64,000 nucleotides of DNA from the NCBI GenBank assembly GCA_038087875.1, contig CM075999.1, forward strand, positions 4,528,001-4,592,000, read 5' to 3'. Positions 1 to 13,600 of the stretch are shown here, in pieces. The notes under the pieces are model-generated. The model did not search any database. It had not been told where the DNA came from and saw only the letters and a list, made by a program, of their open reading frames with translations. A program made the translations under genes and the position numbers. Origin of the DNA: Malacoraja senta (lineage: Eukaryota). Numbering within the stretch: the first letter of the stretch is position 1; every line of letters starts with the position of its first letter.

Positions 1-119
1 GCCCAGTCGACCCATTCTTTCTTCATTTGACAGTCCCGCCATCCCGGGAATTAAGGGGAACGCTGCACTGCCTGGATCTGGATCTGGCTGTAGGACGCTG
101 AAAAGCTCTAGTTGGAACA

Positions 120-378
120 TCACTCAGCACTGGACAATTTTATACTGGGCAATTTTTACATTTATCAAGCCAATTAATCAACCAATTAACCTACAAACCT
201 GTACATCTTTGGAGTGTGGGAGGAAACCAAAGATTTCGGAGAAAACCTACGCAGATCATGGGGAGAACGTAACAAATTACATACAGACAGCACCCATAGT
301 TGGGATCGAACCCGGGTCTCTGGCGCTGCATTTTGCTGTATACTCCCACACTCTATACCGCTGCGCCACCGTGACTGC
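120..378 (-). mobile_element. tRNA-derived V-SINE (HE1-like)
   Basis: A-box-like GGTGGCGCAGCGG, B-box GGGTTCGATCCC, V-core ...GGTTTCCTCCCACACTCCAAAGA. Confidence 0.75.
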
Positions 379-1019
379 CTCAATAGCAATATTGCCCTTC
401 CTCAAATTAGGAGACAATATTCCAGGTGTGGTCTCACCAGGGCCCTGTACAACTGCAGTAGGACCTTCTCAAATCCTCTCGCAATGAAGGCCAACATGCC
501 ATTAGCTTTCTTCACTGCCTGCTGTACCTGCATGCTTACTTTCAGTGACTGATGAATAAGTACACCCAGGTCTTGTTGCACAACGCCTTTTCCTAATATG
601 ACACAATTCAGATAATAATTCTTGTTCTTGCCACCAAAGTGGATAACCTCACATTTATCCAGATTATACTGCATCTGCCATGCATCTGCCCACTCACCCA
701 ACCTATACAAGTCACCCTGCAGCCTCATAGCATCCTCCTTCGCAGTTCACACTGCCACACACTGCCACACCCACTTTGTGTCATCTGTAAACTTGTAGAT
801 GTCACATTTAATTCCTTTGTCTAAATTGTTAATATATATTGTAAATAACTGGGGTACAAACACTGAGCCTTGCGGCACCCCACTAGTCACTGCCTGCCAT
901 TCTGAAAAGGACACGTTAATTCCTATTTTTTGCTTTATGTCTGCCAACCAGCTCTCTATCCATGTCAATATCCTACCCCCAATACCACGTGCTCTAATTT
1001 TGCACATTGATCTCTTCAC
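379..1019 (-). mobile_element. CR1 LINE ORF2 (RT) fragment
   Basis: [10 protein letters not shown]..., EWADAWQMQYN..KCEVIHFG, LYRALVRPHLEYC motifs. Confidence 0.9.
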
Positions 1020-1494
1020 GGTGAGAATGGCCGGACTGGTAGCTCAATGTTCCAGGGTTAGATGCCACAGGCTGGTATGAGAAGAGGAGGGGTAGCCTCT
1101 TTGTTCAGCGACAAGTACAGTGGTCAGAAAATACATTCTTGTGGGATCGTCCAGTGAAACTGGAATGGAATGACCACTTTGATGGGTTAGATTATAGGTC
1201 TCCCAATATCCATCAGGTATTAGAAGGGCAGGTGTGCAGGGAGATTGCAAATAGTTGTAAGAATATTAAGAGTAGTATTAGTGGGAGATTAAAATTTCCC
1301 TAATATTCACTGGTCTCCCTTAGGGTAAACGCATGGACAAGATGTAATTTGTTAAATGTGAAGATAGACACAATTAACTGGAGTAACTCAGTGGGACAGG
1401 CAGCATCTCTGAAGAACAGGAATGGGTGATGTTTTGGGTCGAGACCCTTCTTCACACTGAAGGATCTTCAGTCTCCGGACTTTTTCCTGTCCAA

Positions 1495-3680
1495 CTTGTC
1501 CACACTGGCAAACATATCCCTGCAACACTAGTCCCACCCACCTGCAATCCCTATAAACCCGTCCTATCTATGTACCTGTTTAATTGTTTCTTAACATTAC
1601 GATAGTCCCTACCTCAACTACCTCCTCTGGCAGCTTGTTCCATACATCCACCATCCTTTCTGTGAAAAGTTACCCCTCAGATTCCTATTAAATCTTTTCC
1701 CTTAAACCTATGTTCTCTGGTCCGTGATTCCCCTACTCTGGGCAGAGACTCTGTGCATCTATCCGATCTATTCCTCTCATGATTTGATACACCTCTATAA
1801 GATCACCTGTCATCCTCCTGCGCTCCAAGGGATAGAGTCCCAGCCTACTCAACCTTTCCCTATAGCTCTGCTCCTCTAGTCCTGGCAACATCCTCGTAAG
1901 TCTTCTCTGAACCCTTTCCAGCTTGACAACATCTTTCCTATAACATGGTGCCCAGAATTGAACACAATATTCTAAATGCGGCCTCACCAACGTCTTATAC
2001 AACTGCAACATGACCTCCCAACTTCTGTACTCAATACTCTGGCTGATGAAGGCCAATGTGCCAAAAGCCGTTTTGACCACCTTATCCACCCTGCGACTCG
2101 ACCTTCAAGGAACCATGCACCTGCACTTATAGATCCCTCTGCTCTACATCACTACCCAGAGCCCTACTATTCACGGTGTAGGTCCTGCCTATTTTAGACT
2201 TCCCAAAATGTAACACCTCACATTTCTCTGTATTATATTCCATCAACTATTCCTCATCCCACTTGGCCAATCAATCAAGACCCTGCTGCAATTTTTCACA
2301 ACCATCTTCACTATCTGCAAAACCACCCACTTTTGTATCATCAGCAAACTTGCAAATCTTACCATGTATATTCTCATCCAAATCATTGATATAGATGACA
2401 AACAGTAATGGGCCCAGCACTGAACCCTGAGGCACACCTAGGGTTGCCAACTGTCCGTATTAGCCGGGACATCCCGTATATTGGGCTAATTGGTTTGTCC
2501 CATACAGGACCGCCGTTGTCCCATATTTGACTGCTACTACTCGGGTCGAGGGGACTGTCGGGTCGGAGCCCTGCGTCCGGCCCTGCCTCACCCGTCCCAA
2601 CGTAGTGCAGCTCATGGAATGCAGCAGCAGCGCCTCGCCCGTGCCCCGTCGGTCGGTCGGCAGCCTGGCCAGCTGTCTGACCATCGGACCTTTGTTTACC
2701 GCCGACACCACCACCTCATGGCCAATCATCGGTTCATGAGTTGGACAGGGCGCCGGACTTTGCGTGCGACGTCTAGCGCCCCCGGGCCTAAACTCCTCAG
2801 CTGGCCAGCCGGCTGGGCTTTGTGTGCAGTCCAGCACCCGGGCCAACTCATCATTCGCCCAGCCACGGCCGAGTCAGTCAACGAATTGCCATCGGGAAGT
2901 TGTCCTTTATTTTGACCTTTTGTCCCTTATTTGAGAGTGAGAAAGTTGGCAACCCTAAGCACACCAACCTTCCACCATCACCCTCTGCTTCCTTCCATGA
3001 AGCCAAATTTCTCTCCATTCAGCTATCTTTCCTTGGATCTAATCCTCCAGAGCAGCCAACCATGCAGAACCCTGTCAAATGCTTTACTGAAGTCCATGTA
3101 TTACATCTACAGCTCTTTCCTCATCGACCTTTTGGTCATGTCTTCAAATAACTCAATCAGACTTGTGAGACAAAACCATGCTGACTATCCCTAATCAGCC
3201 GGTATATCCTATCCCTCAGAATACTCTCGAATAACTTTCCGACGAGCACACGGGCCTGTAGTTCCCAGCATTTTCCCTCCAGTTCTTGAATAGAGGCATA
3301 TTTGCCACCCTCCAGTCTTCTGGCACCTCTCCAGTATTTAAAGACTCGTAAATTTCAACCGGGGCTCCCACAATTTTCTCTCCAGTGTCCTACAATGTCC
3401 TCGGATACATCTGATCAGGCCCTGGAGATTTGTCTACCTTCATACACAATAGTACCTTCAGTGCCACTTCGACCGTAACACTGACTGCTCTCAAGACACT
3501 TCCATTGACTGCCCCAAGTTCCACCGACATCCTGTCTTTCTCCTTGGTAAATACAGAGAAATACTCATTGAAGAATTTGCCCATTTCCTTTGGCTCCACA
3601 CAGAGGTGACTGCTTTGATTCCTGAGGGGTCCCACTCTCTCTCTAGTTACTTTCCCCTTATGTATTTATAAAATCTCTTG
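1495..3680 (-). mobile_element. Degraded CR1 LINE interrupted by a hAT MITE
   Basis: DKSPGPD, LYKTLVRPHLEYCVQFW and LERVQRR motifs, plus a CR1 3' end near 1500. Confidence 0.85.
2439..2957. mobile_element. Non-autonomous hAT element (MITE), 519 bp
   Basis: TIR TAGGGTTGCCAACT...AGTTGGCAACCCTA; 8-bp TSD GGCACACC/AGCACACC; GC-rich interior. Confidence 0.85.
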
Positions 3681-3894
3681 GGATTGTCCTTAATACTATC
3701 TGCCAGAGCTGGCCCCTTTTTACCCTTGTATATGCCTATACATGAATACCATCAAGCCGTCCACATGAGTGAGATTAGAGGCTGGTGTATGATAGGTGGA
3801 ATCAGATGGAGAGAGGATGATGGGCAAGGTGGGGAGGGCATGAGCGTCAATGGGAAAGGTGAACAAAGAGTGAAGAGAACTCAGTGTATCGTTT

Positions 3895-4165
3895 AGTTTG
3901 GAGATAGAACCTGGAAACAGACCCTTTAACCCACCAAATCTACACCAACCAGTGATCATCTGTATACTAGTTCTATCGTACACACAGACATCAATTAACC
4001 TACAAATCTGCACATCTTTGGAACATGGGAGGAAACCAGAGTACCCAGAGAAAACCCACGCAGTCACAGGGAGAACATACAAACTGTAGACAGCACCTGT
4101 AGTCAGGAGTGAACTTGGGTCTCTGGCGCTGTAAAGCAGCAAAGCCACCAGTGTCACTTGCCGCC
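3895..4165 (-). mobile_element. V-SINE (HE1-like)
   Basis: Same head and V-core as 120-378, with a CR1-like 3' tail. Confidence 0.7.
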
Positions 4166-4419
4166 CTTGCTTGAGTGTGTGTGGGAAGGATACAGGGGGT
4201 ATAGGTCTGCTGAAATTGGAAATGTCAACGTTCATATCTCAGTGGTGTCAGCTACAAGTGGAACATGTTCTTCCAGTTTGCATTTGGCTCTCTGTAGCAA
4301 TGGAGAAAGCTAACAGACTGGTCGGTGTGGCAGTGGTAGATTTAGAATGACATTTAACTAAAGCTCAAGAGGCTTGTGTAAGAAGGAACTGCAGGATGCT
4401 GGTTTAATCCGAAGATAGA

Positions 4420-7400
4420 GGTATGGACAGGGGTTTCTGCGGCAACAGACGGGATTCGAGGATGGTGTGCTGCCTCCCTGGTGCCAGGATCCAGGATGTC
4501 ACGGACAGAGTGCAGAAAAATCCTCAAGGGCAAAGGTGAACAGTCGGAAGTTGTGGTGCATGTTGGCACAAACGATGTTGGAAAGAAGGGGATGAATATT
4601 CTGAAGCGTGACTTAGAGAGCTTGGAAAAGTGCTGAAAAGCAGGACTTCCCGGCTGGTTATCTCCGGTTTGCTTCCAATTCCTCGTGCTGCGAGAGCAGG
4701 AACAGGGAGATACAGGACCTGAATGTGTGGCTGAGGAACTGGTGTAGGGGGCAGGGATTTAGATTCTTAGACCACTGGAATCTGTTTTGGAGTAAGGGGG
4801 AACTGTACAAGAGGACGAATTGCACCTTAACAGGTGGGGGACCGGCATTCTGGCAGGCAGGTTTGCCACTGCGACACAGGTGGTTTTAACCTAAATAAGG
4901 GGGGGGGGGGGATGTCAAATGGGATAGTCAAGGACGGAGTTAAAGGGAAAGGGAGTAAAGGGATAGTTAATGACCCAGAATTAATGGGAAAGAAAGTTTA
5001 CAAAGGGATAGGAGAGTATGGCCACATGTTAATAGGGATCGATGTGAATGGTGAGATACGTAAGGAATTAAAAGTACTGTATTTGAATGCGCGAAGTATA
5101 AGAAGTAAAGTAGATGAGCTTGAGGCTCAGATAGAGGTTGATAGATACGACATTGTGGGGATTACCGAGACGTGGCTGCAAGAGGATCGGGTCTGGGAAC
5201 TTAATATTCAGGTTATACATCCTATAGAAAGGACAGGCAGGTGGGCAGAGGAGGGGGGGTAGCTCTTCTGGTGAGGAATGGAATTCAGTCCCTTGCGAGG
5301 GAAGACATAGGGACTTAACGAGGTAGAGTCACTGTGGATTGAGTTGAGCAATTGCAAAGGCAAGAAGACACTAATTGGTGTTATCTACAGACCCCCCAAA
5401 TAGTAGCCCGGATGTAGGGTGTAAGTTGCAGCAGGAGTTAAAAATTAGCATGTAACAAAGGTAATGCCACTGTGGTGATGCGGGATTTCAATGTGCAGGT
5501 AGACTGGGAAAATCAGGTTGGTTCAGGATCCCAAGAAAGAGAGTTTGTAGAGTGCCTCCGAGATGGATTCTTAGAGCAGCTTGTATGGAGCTGACCAGAG
5601 AAAAGGCAATTCTGGATTTAGTGTTGTCCAATGAACCAAATTTGATAAGAGAACTCAAGGTAAAGGAACCGCTTGGAGGTAGTGATCATAATATGATTAG
5701 TTTTAATCTGCAATTTGAGAAGGAGAAGGTTAAATCGGAAGTGTCAGTGATGCAGTTGAACAAAGGGGACTATGAAGGCATGAGAGAGGAGCTGGCCAAG
5801 GTAGACTGGAAAGGGATCCTAGCAGGAATGACAGTGGAACAGCAATGGCAGGAATATCTGGGTCGTAATCCGGAAGACGCAGGATCATTTCATTACAAAA
5901 AGGAAGAAAGATTCTAAGGGGAGTAGGAGGCAACCGTGGCTAACAAGGGAAGTTAGGGATAGAATAAAACTAAAAGAAAAGAAGTATAACACAGCAAAGA
6001 GTAGACGGAAGCCAGAGGATTGGGAAACTTTCATAGGACAACAGGAGGAAACAAAACGGGCAATACGGGCTGAAAAGATGAAGTACGAGGGGAAGCTGGC
6101 CAGGAATGTAAAGAAGGACAGTAAAAGCTTCTTTAGATATGTTAAGGGAAAAAGAATAGCAAAGTCAAATGTGGGTCCCTTGAAGGCAAACAAGGGTGAA
6201 ATTATTATGGGGAACAAGGAAATGGCAGAAGAGTTGAACATGTACTTCGGATCTGTCTTCACTAAGGAAGACACAAACAATCTCCCAGAAGTACTGGAGG
6301 ACAGAGGATCTGAGGGGGTCGAGGAACTGAAATAAATTTTCATTAGGCGAGAAATAGTATTGGGTAGGCTAATGGGACTGAAGGATGATAAATCCCCTGG
6401 GCCTGATGGACTGCATCCCAGGGTCCTCAGGGAGGTGGCTCTAGAAATAGTGGACACATTGGTGATCATTTTCCAATGTTCAATAGATTCAGGATCAGTT
6501 CCTGTGGATTGGAGGATAGCTAATGTTATCCCACTTTTCAAGAAAGGAGCGAGAGAGAAAACGGGGAATTACAGACCAGTTAGCCTGACTTCGGTGGTGG
6601 GAAAGATGCTGGAGTCAATTATTAAAGAGGTAATAATGGGGCATTTGGATAGCAGTAAAAGGATTAGTCCAAGTCAGCATGGATTTATGAAAGGAAAATC
6701 ATGCTTGACCAATCTTCTGGAATTTTTTTAGGATGTGACAAGTAAAATGGATGAAGGGGAGCCAGTGGATGTAGTGTAGACTTTCAGAAAGCCTTTGATA
6801 AGGTCCCGCACGGGAGACTGGTGACTAAAATTAGAGCACATGGTATTGGGGGTAGGGTGTTGACGTGGATAGAAAATTGGTTGACAGACAGGAAGCAAAG
6901 ACTAGGAGTGAACGAGCCCTTTTCAGAATGGCAGGCAGTGGCGAGTGGAGTGCCGCAAGGCTCGGTGTTGGGGCCACAACTGTTTACCATAAATATTAAT
7001 GATTTGGAAGAGGGAATTAGGAGCAACACTAGCAAGTTTGCGGATGACACAAAGCTGGGTGGCAGTGTGAACTGTGAAGAGGATGTTAGGAGGTTGCAGG
7101 GTGACCTGGACAGGTTGAGTGAGTGGGCAGATGCATGGCAGATGCAGTATAATATAGATAAATGTGAGGTTATCCACTTTGGTGGCAAAAACAAGGGGGC
7201 AAATTATTATCTCAATGGGGTTGTTAGGTAAGGGGGAGGTACAGCGAGACCTGGGTGTCCTTGTCACTGAAAGTTGGCGTGCAGGTACAGCAGGCAGTGA
7301 AGAAAGCTAATGGAATGTTGGCCTTCATAACAAGATTTCAGTATAGGAGTAGAGAGGTTCTTCTGCAGTTGTATAGGGCTCTGGTAAGACCACATCTGGA

Positions 7401-7960
7401 GTATTGCTTACAGTTTTGGTCTCCTAATTTGAAGAAGGACCTCCTTGTGATTGAGGCAGTGCAGCGTAGGTTCACCAGTTTGATCCCTGGGATGGCGGAA
7501 CTGTCATATGAGGAAAGATTGAAAAGTCTAGGCTTATATTCACTGGAGTTTAGAAGGATGAGGGGGAACTTATAGAAACATATAAAATTATAAAAGGACT
7601 GGACAAGCTAGATGCAGGAAAAATGTTCCCAATGTTGGGCGAGTCCAGAACCAGGGGCCACAGTCTTAGAATAAAGGGGAGGCCATTTAAGTCTGAGGTG
7701 AGAAAAAAAGTTTTCACCCAGAGAGTTGTGGATTTGTGGAATTCCCTGCCACAGAGGGCAGTGGAGGCCAAATCACTGGATGGATTTAAGAGAGAGTTAG
7801 ATAGAGCTCTAGGGGCTAGTGGAATCAAAGGATATAGGGAGAAGGCAGGCACGGGTTATTGATTGGGGACGATCAGCCATGATCACAATGAATGGCGGAG
7901 CTGGCTCGAAGGGCCAAATGGCCTCCTCCTGCACCTATTTTCTATGTTCTATGTTTCTAT
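4420..7960 (+). mobile_element. 5'-truncated CR1 LINE: ORF1 SGNH-esterase remnant plus disrupted ORF2 (APE + RT)
   Basis: ORF1-like CCLPGAR/VVVHVGTND segment at ~4465-4580; LYLNARSIRSK...GITETW (APE); [20 protein letters not shown]; (CTATGTT)-type tail; many frameshifts. Confidence 0.92.
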
Positions 7961-7980
7961 TTTCTAAAAAGCTGGATTGG

Positions 7981-8602
7981 TGTCTGAAGAAGGGTCTCGA
8001 CCCGAAAGGTCACCCATTTCTTCTATCCAGAGATTCTGCCTGTCCAGCTGAGTTACTCCAACTTTTTGTGTTTAGCTCAAGAGGGTTGTAATGGACAGAG
8101 CACAGGTACTCCGTAAGATAGTTAAAAATATTATATGCTTGGTTTTATAAGCTTGTGTTACAGGTCCATAGGTGGTGGCGAAGGGACAGATATTATGACT
8201 GTTGTGAGCCGTGCTCCAAGAGGCAGCAAGGGAGGGACCAAGGAGATGGTTTGTGGTCCCTGCAAAAGCAGAAAGGAGAGGGAATGGGAAAGAGGTGAGT
8301 GGTAGTGGGATTGTATAGGACCTGGCAGAAGATGATGTGTTGGATGCGGATGGAGGCTGGTGGGGTAAAGGTGAGTTCGAAGGGAACACTATCTCTGTTC
8401 TTAGACTCAAAAAGCTGGAGTAACTCAGCGGGACAGGCATCTCTGGAGAGGAATGGGTGACGTTTCGGGTCGAGATTCTTCTTCAGACCCGATACCGTCA
8501 CCCATTCCTTCTCTCCAGAGATGCTGCTGTCCCGCTGAGTTACTCCAGCTTTTTGTGTCTATCTTCGGTTTAAACCAGCATGTGCAGTTCCTTCTTACAC
8601 AC
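7981..8602. mobile_element. Penelope-like element fragments (terminal repeats and an ORF piece)
   Basis: Minus 8230-8400 reads RDSVPFELTFTPPASIRIQHII...PTTTHLFP, resembling the Penelope post-RT linker. Terminal motif CTGAAGAAGGGTCTCGACCCGAAA; inverted pair at 8410-8560. Confidence 0.7.
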
Positions 8603-9137
8603 TCCCTCTGTATTGTCTGGGGAGAGATGAGAACACGTACAGGAAATGGAGAAAAGGCATGTGTGGGCTCAGTCAACTATCCTTAATATTATCTGCCAGG
8701 TAACAGACGTGCCCGTGTCTCATGCCCCCTTTTTGCCTTCCTGATTTCATTTCATATGCTTCTCAATCCTCCTCCCGGGATGGACCTAATCTTAGCCCTT
8801 GCCTCTTTTTTTCTTGACTGCAATTTCCCTCCTCATGCATGTTCCTTACTCCAAGTTGCCTTCCCTTTCACTCTTAACAGGATCATGAAGACCTTGAATT
8901 CTTACTATCTCATTTTAAAAGCTTCCCACTTTCTGGATGTCCCATGGCCACAACCTACTGCAATCAACATTTGCAAGTTCCTATCTAACATCATCAAAGC
9001 TGGCCTTGCCCCAATTTAGAATTTAGCTTATCAATAACTATTTTAAAAACAGAATTGTCATTGTTGTTCCCAAAGCGCTCACCCATTGACACTTCAGTCA
9101 CTTGCCTTGCCCTATTTCCTCAGAGTAGGTCAGGCTC

Positions 9138-10445
9138 ACATAGAAACATAGAAAATAGGTGCAGGAGTAGGCCATTCGGCCCTTCGAGCCTGCACCGCCA
9201 GTCAATATGATCATGGCTGATCATCCAACTCAGTATCCTGTACCTGCCTTCTCTCCATATCCCGATCCCTTTAGCCACAAGGGCCACATCTAACTCCCTC
9301 TTAAATATAGCCAATGAACTGGCTTCAACTACCTTCTGTGGCAGAGAGTTCCACAGATTCACCACTCTCTGTGTGAAAAATGATTTTCTCATCTCGGTCC
9401 TAAAAGACTTCCCCCTTATCCTTAAACTGTGACCCCTTGTTCTGGACTTCCCCAACATCGGGAACAATCTTCCTGCATCTAGCCTGTCCAACCCCTTAAG
9501 AATTTTAAAAGTTTCTATAAGATCCCCCCTCAATCTTCTAAATTCTAGCGAGTACAAGCCAAGTCTATCCAGTCTTTCTTCATATGAAAGTCCTGCCATC
9601 CCAGGAATCAGTCTGGTGAACCTTCTCTGTACTCCCTCTATGGCAAGAATGTCTTTCCTCAGATTAGGACACCAAAACTGTACGCAATACTCCAGGTGTG
9701 GCCTCACCAAGACCCTGTACAACTGCAGTAGAACCTCCCTGCTCTTATACTCAAATCCTTTTGCTATGAATGCTAACATACCATTCACTTTCTTCACTGC
9801 CTGCTGCACCTGCATGCCTACTTTCAATGACTGGTGTACCATGACACCCAGGTCTCGTTGCATCTCCCCTTTTCCTAATCGGCCACCATTCAGATAATAG
9901 TCTACTTTCCTGTTTTTGCCACCAAAGTGGATAACCTCACATTTATCCACATTATACTGCATCTACCATGCATTTGCCTACTCACCCAACCTATCTAAGT
10001 CACCTTGCAACCTCCTAGCATCCTCCTCACAGCTAACACAGCCCCCCAGCTTCGTGTCATCCGCAAACTTGGAGATGTTGCATTCAATTCCCTCATCCAG
10101 CTCATTAATATATATTGTAACTAGCTGGGGTCCCAGCACTGAGCCTTGCTGTACCTCACTAGTCACCGCCTGCCATTCTGAAAAGGACCCGTTTACTCCT
10201 ACTCTTTGCTTCCTGTCTGCCAGCCAGTTCTCTATCCACATCAATACTGAACCCCCAATACCGTGTGCTTTAAGTTTGCATACTAGTCTCTTATGTGGGA
10301 CCTTGTCGAAAGCCTTCTGAAAGTCCAGATATAACACTCCACTGGTTCTCCCTTATCCACTCTACTAGTTACATCCTCGAAAAATTCTATAAGATTCGTC
10401 AGACATGATTTACCTTTCATAAATCCATGCTGACTTTGTCCAATG
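9138..10445 (-). mobile_element. 5'-truncated CR1 LINE (RT and 3' end)
   Basis: [29 protein letters not shown]; tail CTATTTTCTATGTTTCTATG. Confidence 0.93.
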
Positions 10446-10549
10446 CTGTCACCCTTGGAGACCCATCTACATATTGCCTGAGAAAACATTCCTCAACACA
10501 CTTTCACCCTATCTAAACCCTGGCAAGATTATCTATTATTTTGTAATAG

Positions 10550-10606
10550 GTAAGACACAAAATGTAGATTTGTAACAAGATTTATTTCATACTTGTACAT
10601 TTACAG
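10550..10606 (-). terminator. Candidate distal polyadenylation signal
   Basis: Minus strand reads TGTAAATGTACAAGTATGAAATAAATCTTGTTACAAATCTACATTTTGTGTCTT: UGUA motifs upstream, AATAAA at 10581-10586, U/GU-rich element downstream. Confidence 0.6.
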
Positions 10607-10631
10607 CGTTTAAACAAAGGAACGGCATTTG

Positions 10632-10634
<3 letters not shown>

Positions 10635-10662
<28 letters not shown>
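10635..10662 (+). repeat. (GT)n microsatellite
   Basis: About 14 GT units. Confidence 0.95.
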
Positions 10663-10670
<8 letters not shown>

Positions 10671-13600
10671 TTAAGTACACGTTCTGTTGTACTGTTCCCG
10701 TTGTCTCGCACATTCGCACTGGCAAATCCGTCGGCTGTCAGACATGTGATGGGTGGTGATGCACCCTCCCAAAATTAAATCATGGGAAAAAGAGAACCAG
10801 TTTTATTCAAGTTTTGACGCATATTAATTTGGACATGGACATTAAATTTACAAACATCTGTAGGACCAAGTAAACAAAACCTTGTCATAATATGTACGAA
10901 AATAAATAGAAATACTTTTTTTGGTTATGTATTTTTAAGCAACATGTTCAAACAATTGTAAAATATTAAACCTCCTACACTTGGTTGCAAAACAGCAAAT
11001 AAAATATCCTGGTCACGGGATATGGTCCAAGAGTTGGATTTTCTTATTTGTGATTAATTCTCAACTATATTCCAAACCTACCTAATCAATGGACTAGTGC
11101 ATGTAAGATTGATACTTCCCAATATTAATATTACCCAAGTAATGTCTTTGTGGCAGTTAAGGAATAAAGAGCAGCAAGTGGCCACATATTCATTAAAAAA
11201 GTGTTCATTCAAGTAAACAAAAATTGTTCAAGACACAAACCCAAATCTTCATGGACTCACGGTCGGATTGGCACTTGTGTGAAGAAAAAACAGGAGTGCA
11301 TTAGAATTTAGATTTTTTTTGTTCCACAGGAAGTCTGTTGTTATATCTTTGCAAGGAATGGCCACAAGTGCAAAAAACTTACTTAAAATAAGTGTCAGTT
11401 ACAAGTTAAAAATACAGAAGTCATCGTACTTATAGCAGCCTGATGTCAGCACTTGAAAATGAGCCGTGTTGGCCTGTGATTGCTCCACAGAATTATTCGC
11501 AGCAACAGTATTGCAAATTATAACAGCTCAAATCTATTCAAATTGAAACTCTTTCCCTGCCAAATTGCACATTTAAGCATTATATATCAAAATATCTGTA
11601 GAAAAATTGTACAAAAATGCACTAGACAAAGATGTCTTGTAACATTGAAATACTAACGGAGAGAATCCTGACTGGAAGGCCTCAAGCAAAAATTTGCATA
11701 GTTGGCAAATGGATGTTCTTGAATTTTGAATGACAAATTGCAGTAGCATGAAATGCTATGTGTCAATTTTTTTGTTATTTTTTTTTAATTGTGTGAAATT
11801 TGCATACAGTATCCTTGAAGGAAAATTATTTGCTGTTCTGCTCACGAATGAAACCAGAAAATCCCAAAATATCTATGGTTATAGATGCTTCTAGCATTTT
11901 GGTTAGTGAAAGCTCCATTCCTCAAACAATAAATAGGTAATGGGATACATCAACATATGGAATATACTCAGGCACCCTTTCAATTTCACAGCATTTTCAC
12001 ATTAAACACTTTTGTCAGCAGTAAGAATTTGGGGGCAAATGTTAATTTTCTGTTTTTATGAAATAATCTGCCAGTGAAATTTAAACCTAAAGTGCAGTAT
12101 TGATAGCAACAAATAAATCCCTTTGACGATGCTTAAGCTTTAAATACACCATAGAATGTTTAGGTCAATACTACAAACTACACTTTCTTCCTTACAAAAA
12201 TGAAGCAACTGGGATTGCTTTGAGTAAGCAAGTTATTCTAATTCCATTTTACAGCCATTTTATTTGAATCCAGATTGAACTTCACATTTGTAACAGAATT
12301 TTAGATTTTCATTGTTGATTTTAGTTACCACGTTTATAAAATTAGAGATCAGCATTTAAAAAAAAAGAAAAATCATTCTCAATCCCCACCCATCAAAAGA
12401 TCCACCCAATTCAATTTTTTCATTAGCCATTCCATAAAAGTCAGTATAATTTCCAACATATTGTACTGTTATAAAGATGAGTATAAAATGAGCACAAAGG
12501 ACATTATATGGAACACAATTGTTAACTCTAGCACTGAAAGGCTTTCCTACAATGAACATGTTTAATCTTTTCATGGTTCCAATAGTGCAACAAATTTCAG
12601 TCGTCCAGTGTTTCCAATTCATGTAGAAATGCTTAAACCATCAAAGATATTTTAAAAAGTCCCAAACCTCATACCAGGTTTGTTCTTTTTATTATTTCCT
12701 TTGCTCTTTAGCAAAGACCACGAGCCAAAAATCTGGAGTAACTCAGCGGATCAGGCAGCATCTCTGGAGAGAAGGAATAGGTGACGTTTCAGGTCGAGAT
12801 CCTTCTCAAATAAGCACAATAATTACCAGTTCAGAAAATGTTTTGAGATAATCCCAATGAGGATTATTTTTTAAATAAATTATTAAACTACAGCACGCAA
12901 CCAGGTAATTTTGATGTCTAAATTTTAGTCGCTTAATCTTTGTCCTACTGTAAAATCTTTGAAAATCTGGTTCTGAGTCCATTGTTATGATGTTGAATAT
13001 GTACACACCAGAAACTGTCTGGTCTGAAGCAATGGAAATTGTAAGACAATCAGTGTCACACTCATCTGAGTGACTTGTAGTAAGAGAACCAAGTAAAATT
13101 AAACCAAGCTATCATAACTGTGTGCCCAACTGGTATGATCTTTACCGCAATACACACTGTTCAGGTATCTCGTAGACTGGTCCATTAGAGCTGATTTTCC
13201 AGAACTCCAACCAAAATTAAAACTATCAATTTAAAACTACACCAATTACTCTCAAACAAAATCTGAGTTCAGAGTGGTTCTCCAATACCTGTTGTGCAAT
13301 TTATCTTCCCAATACAGCCAAGCTGATTGCCACAGCAGAGGTAGAGAAAAATGGATTAACCGATTATAGAATGCAGTCTCCCAGCACAGAAAAGCCCCAC
13401 TTCATAATGATTTGTATCCCAAATTCACAATGGATGCCATTTTCTTTAAAACTGTAAATGTTAAACTGTAGAACTATATGCTAGTACATGTGTATTAAAG
13501 TGTGCAAATAATATCAAATCTGTTAAAATATTGACAACTATTCCCTTGCCAAAGCACCAAGGTTATCAATTAAAAAAAAAAATTAAAAACATTTCCTTTT

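Noticed and set aside
290..378. tRNA gene
   Set aside because: A/B boxes run directly into a V-SINE core and tail, with no complete cloverleaf.
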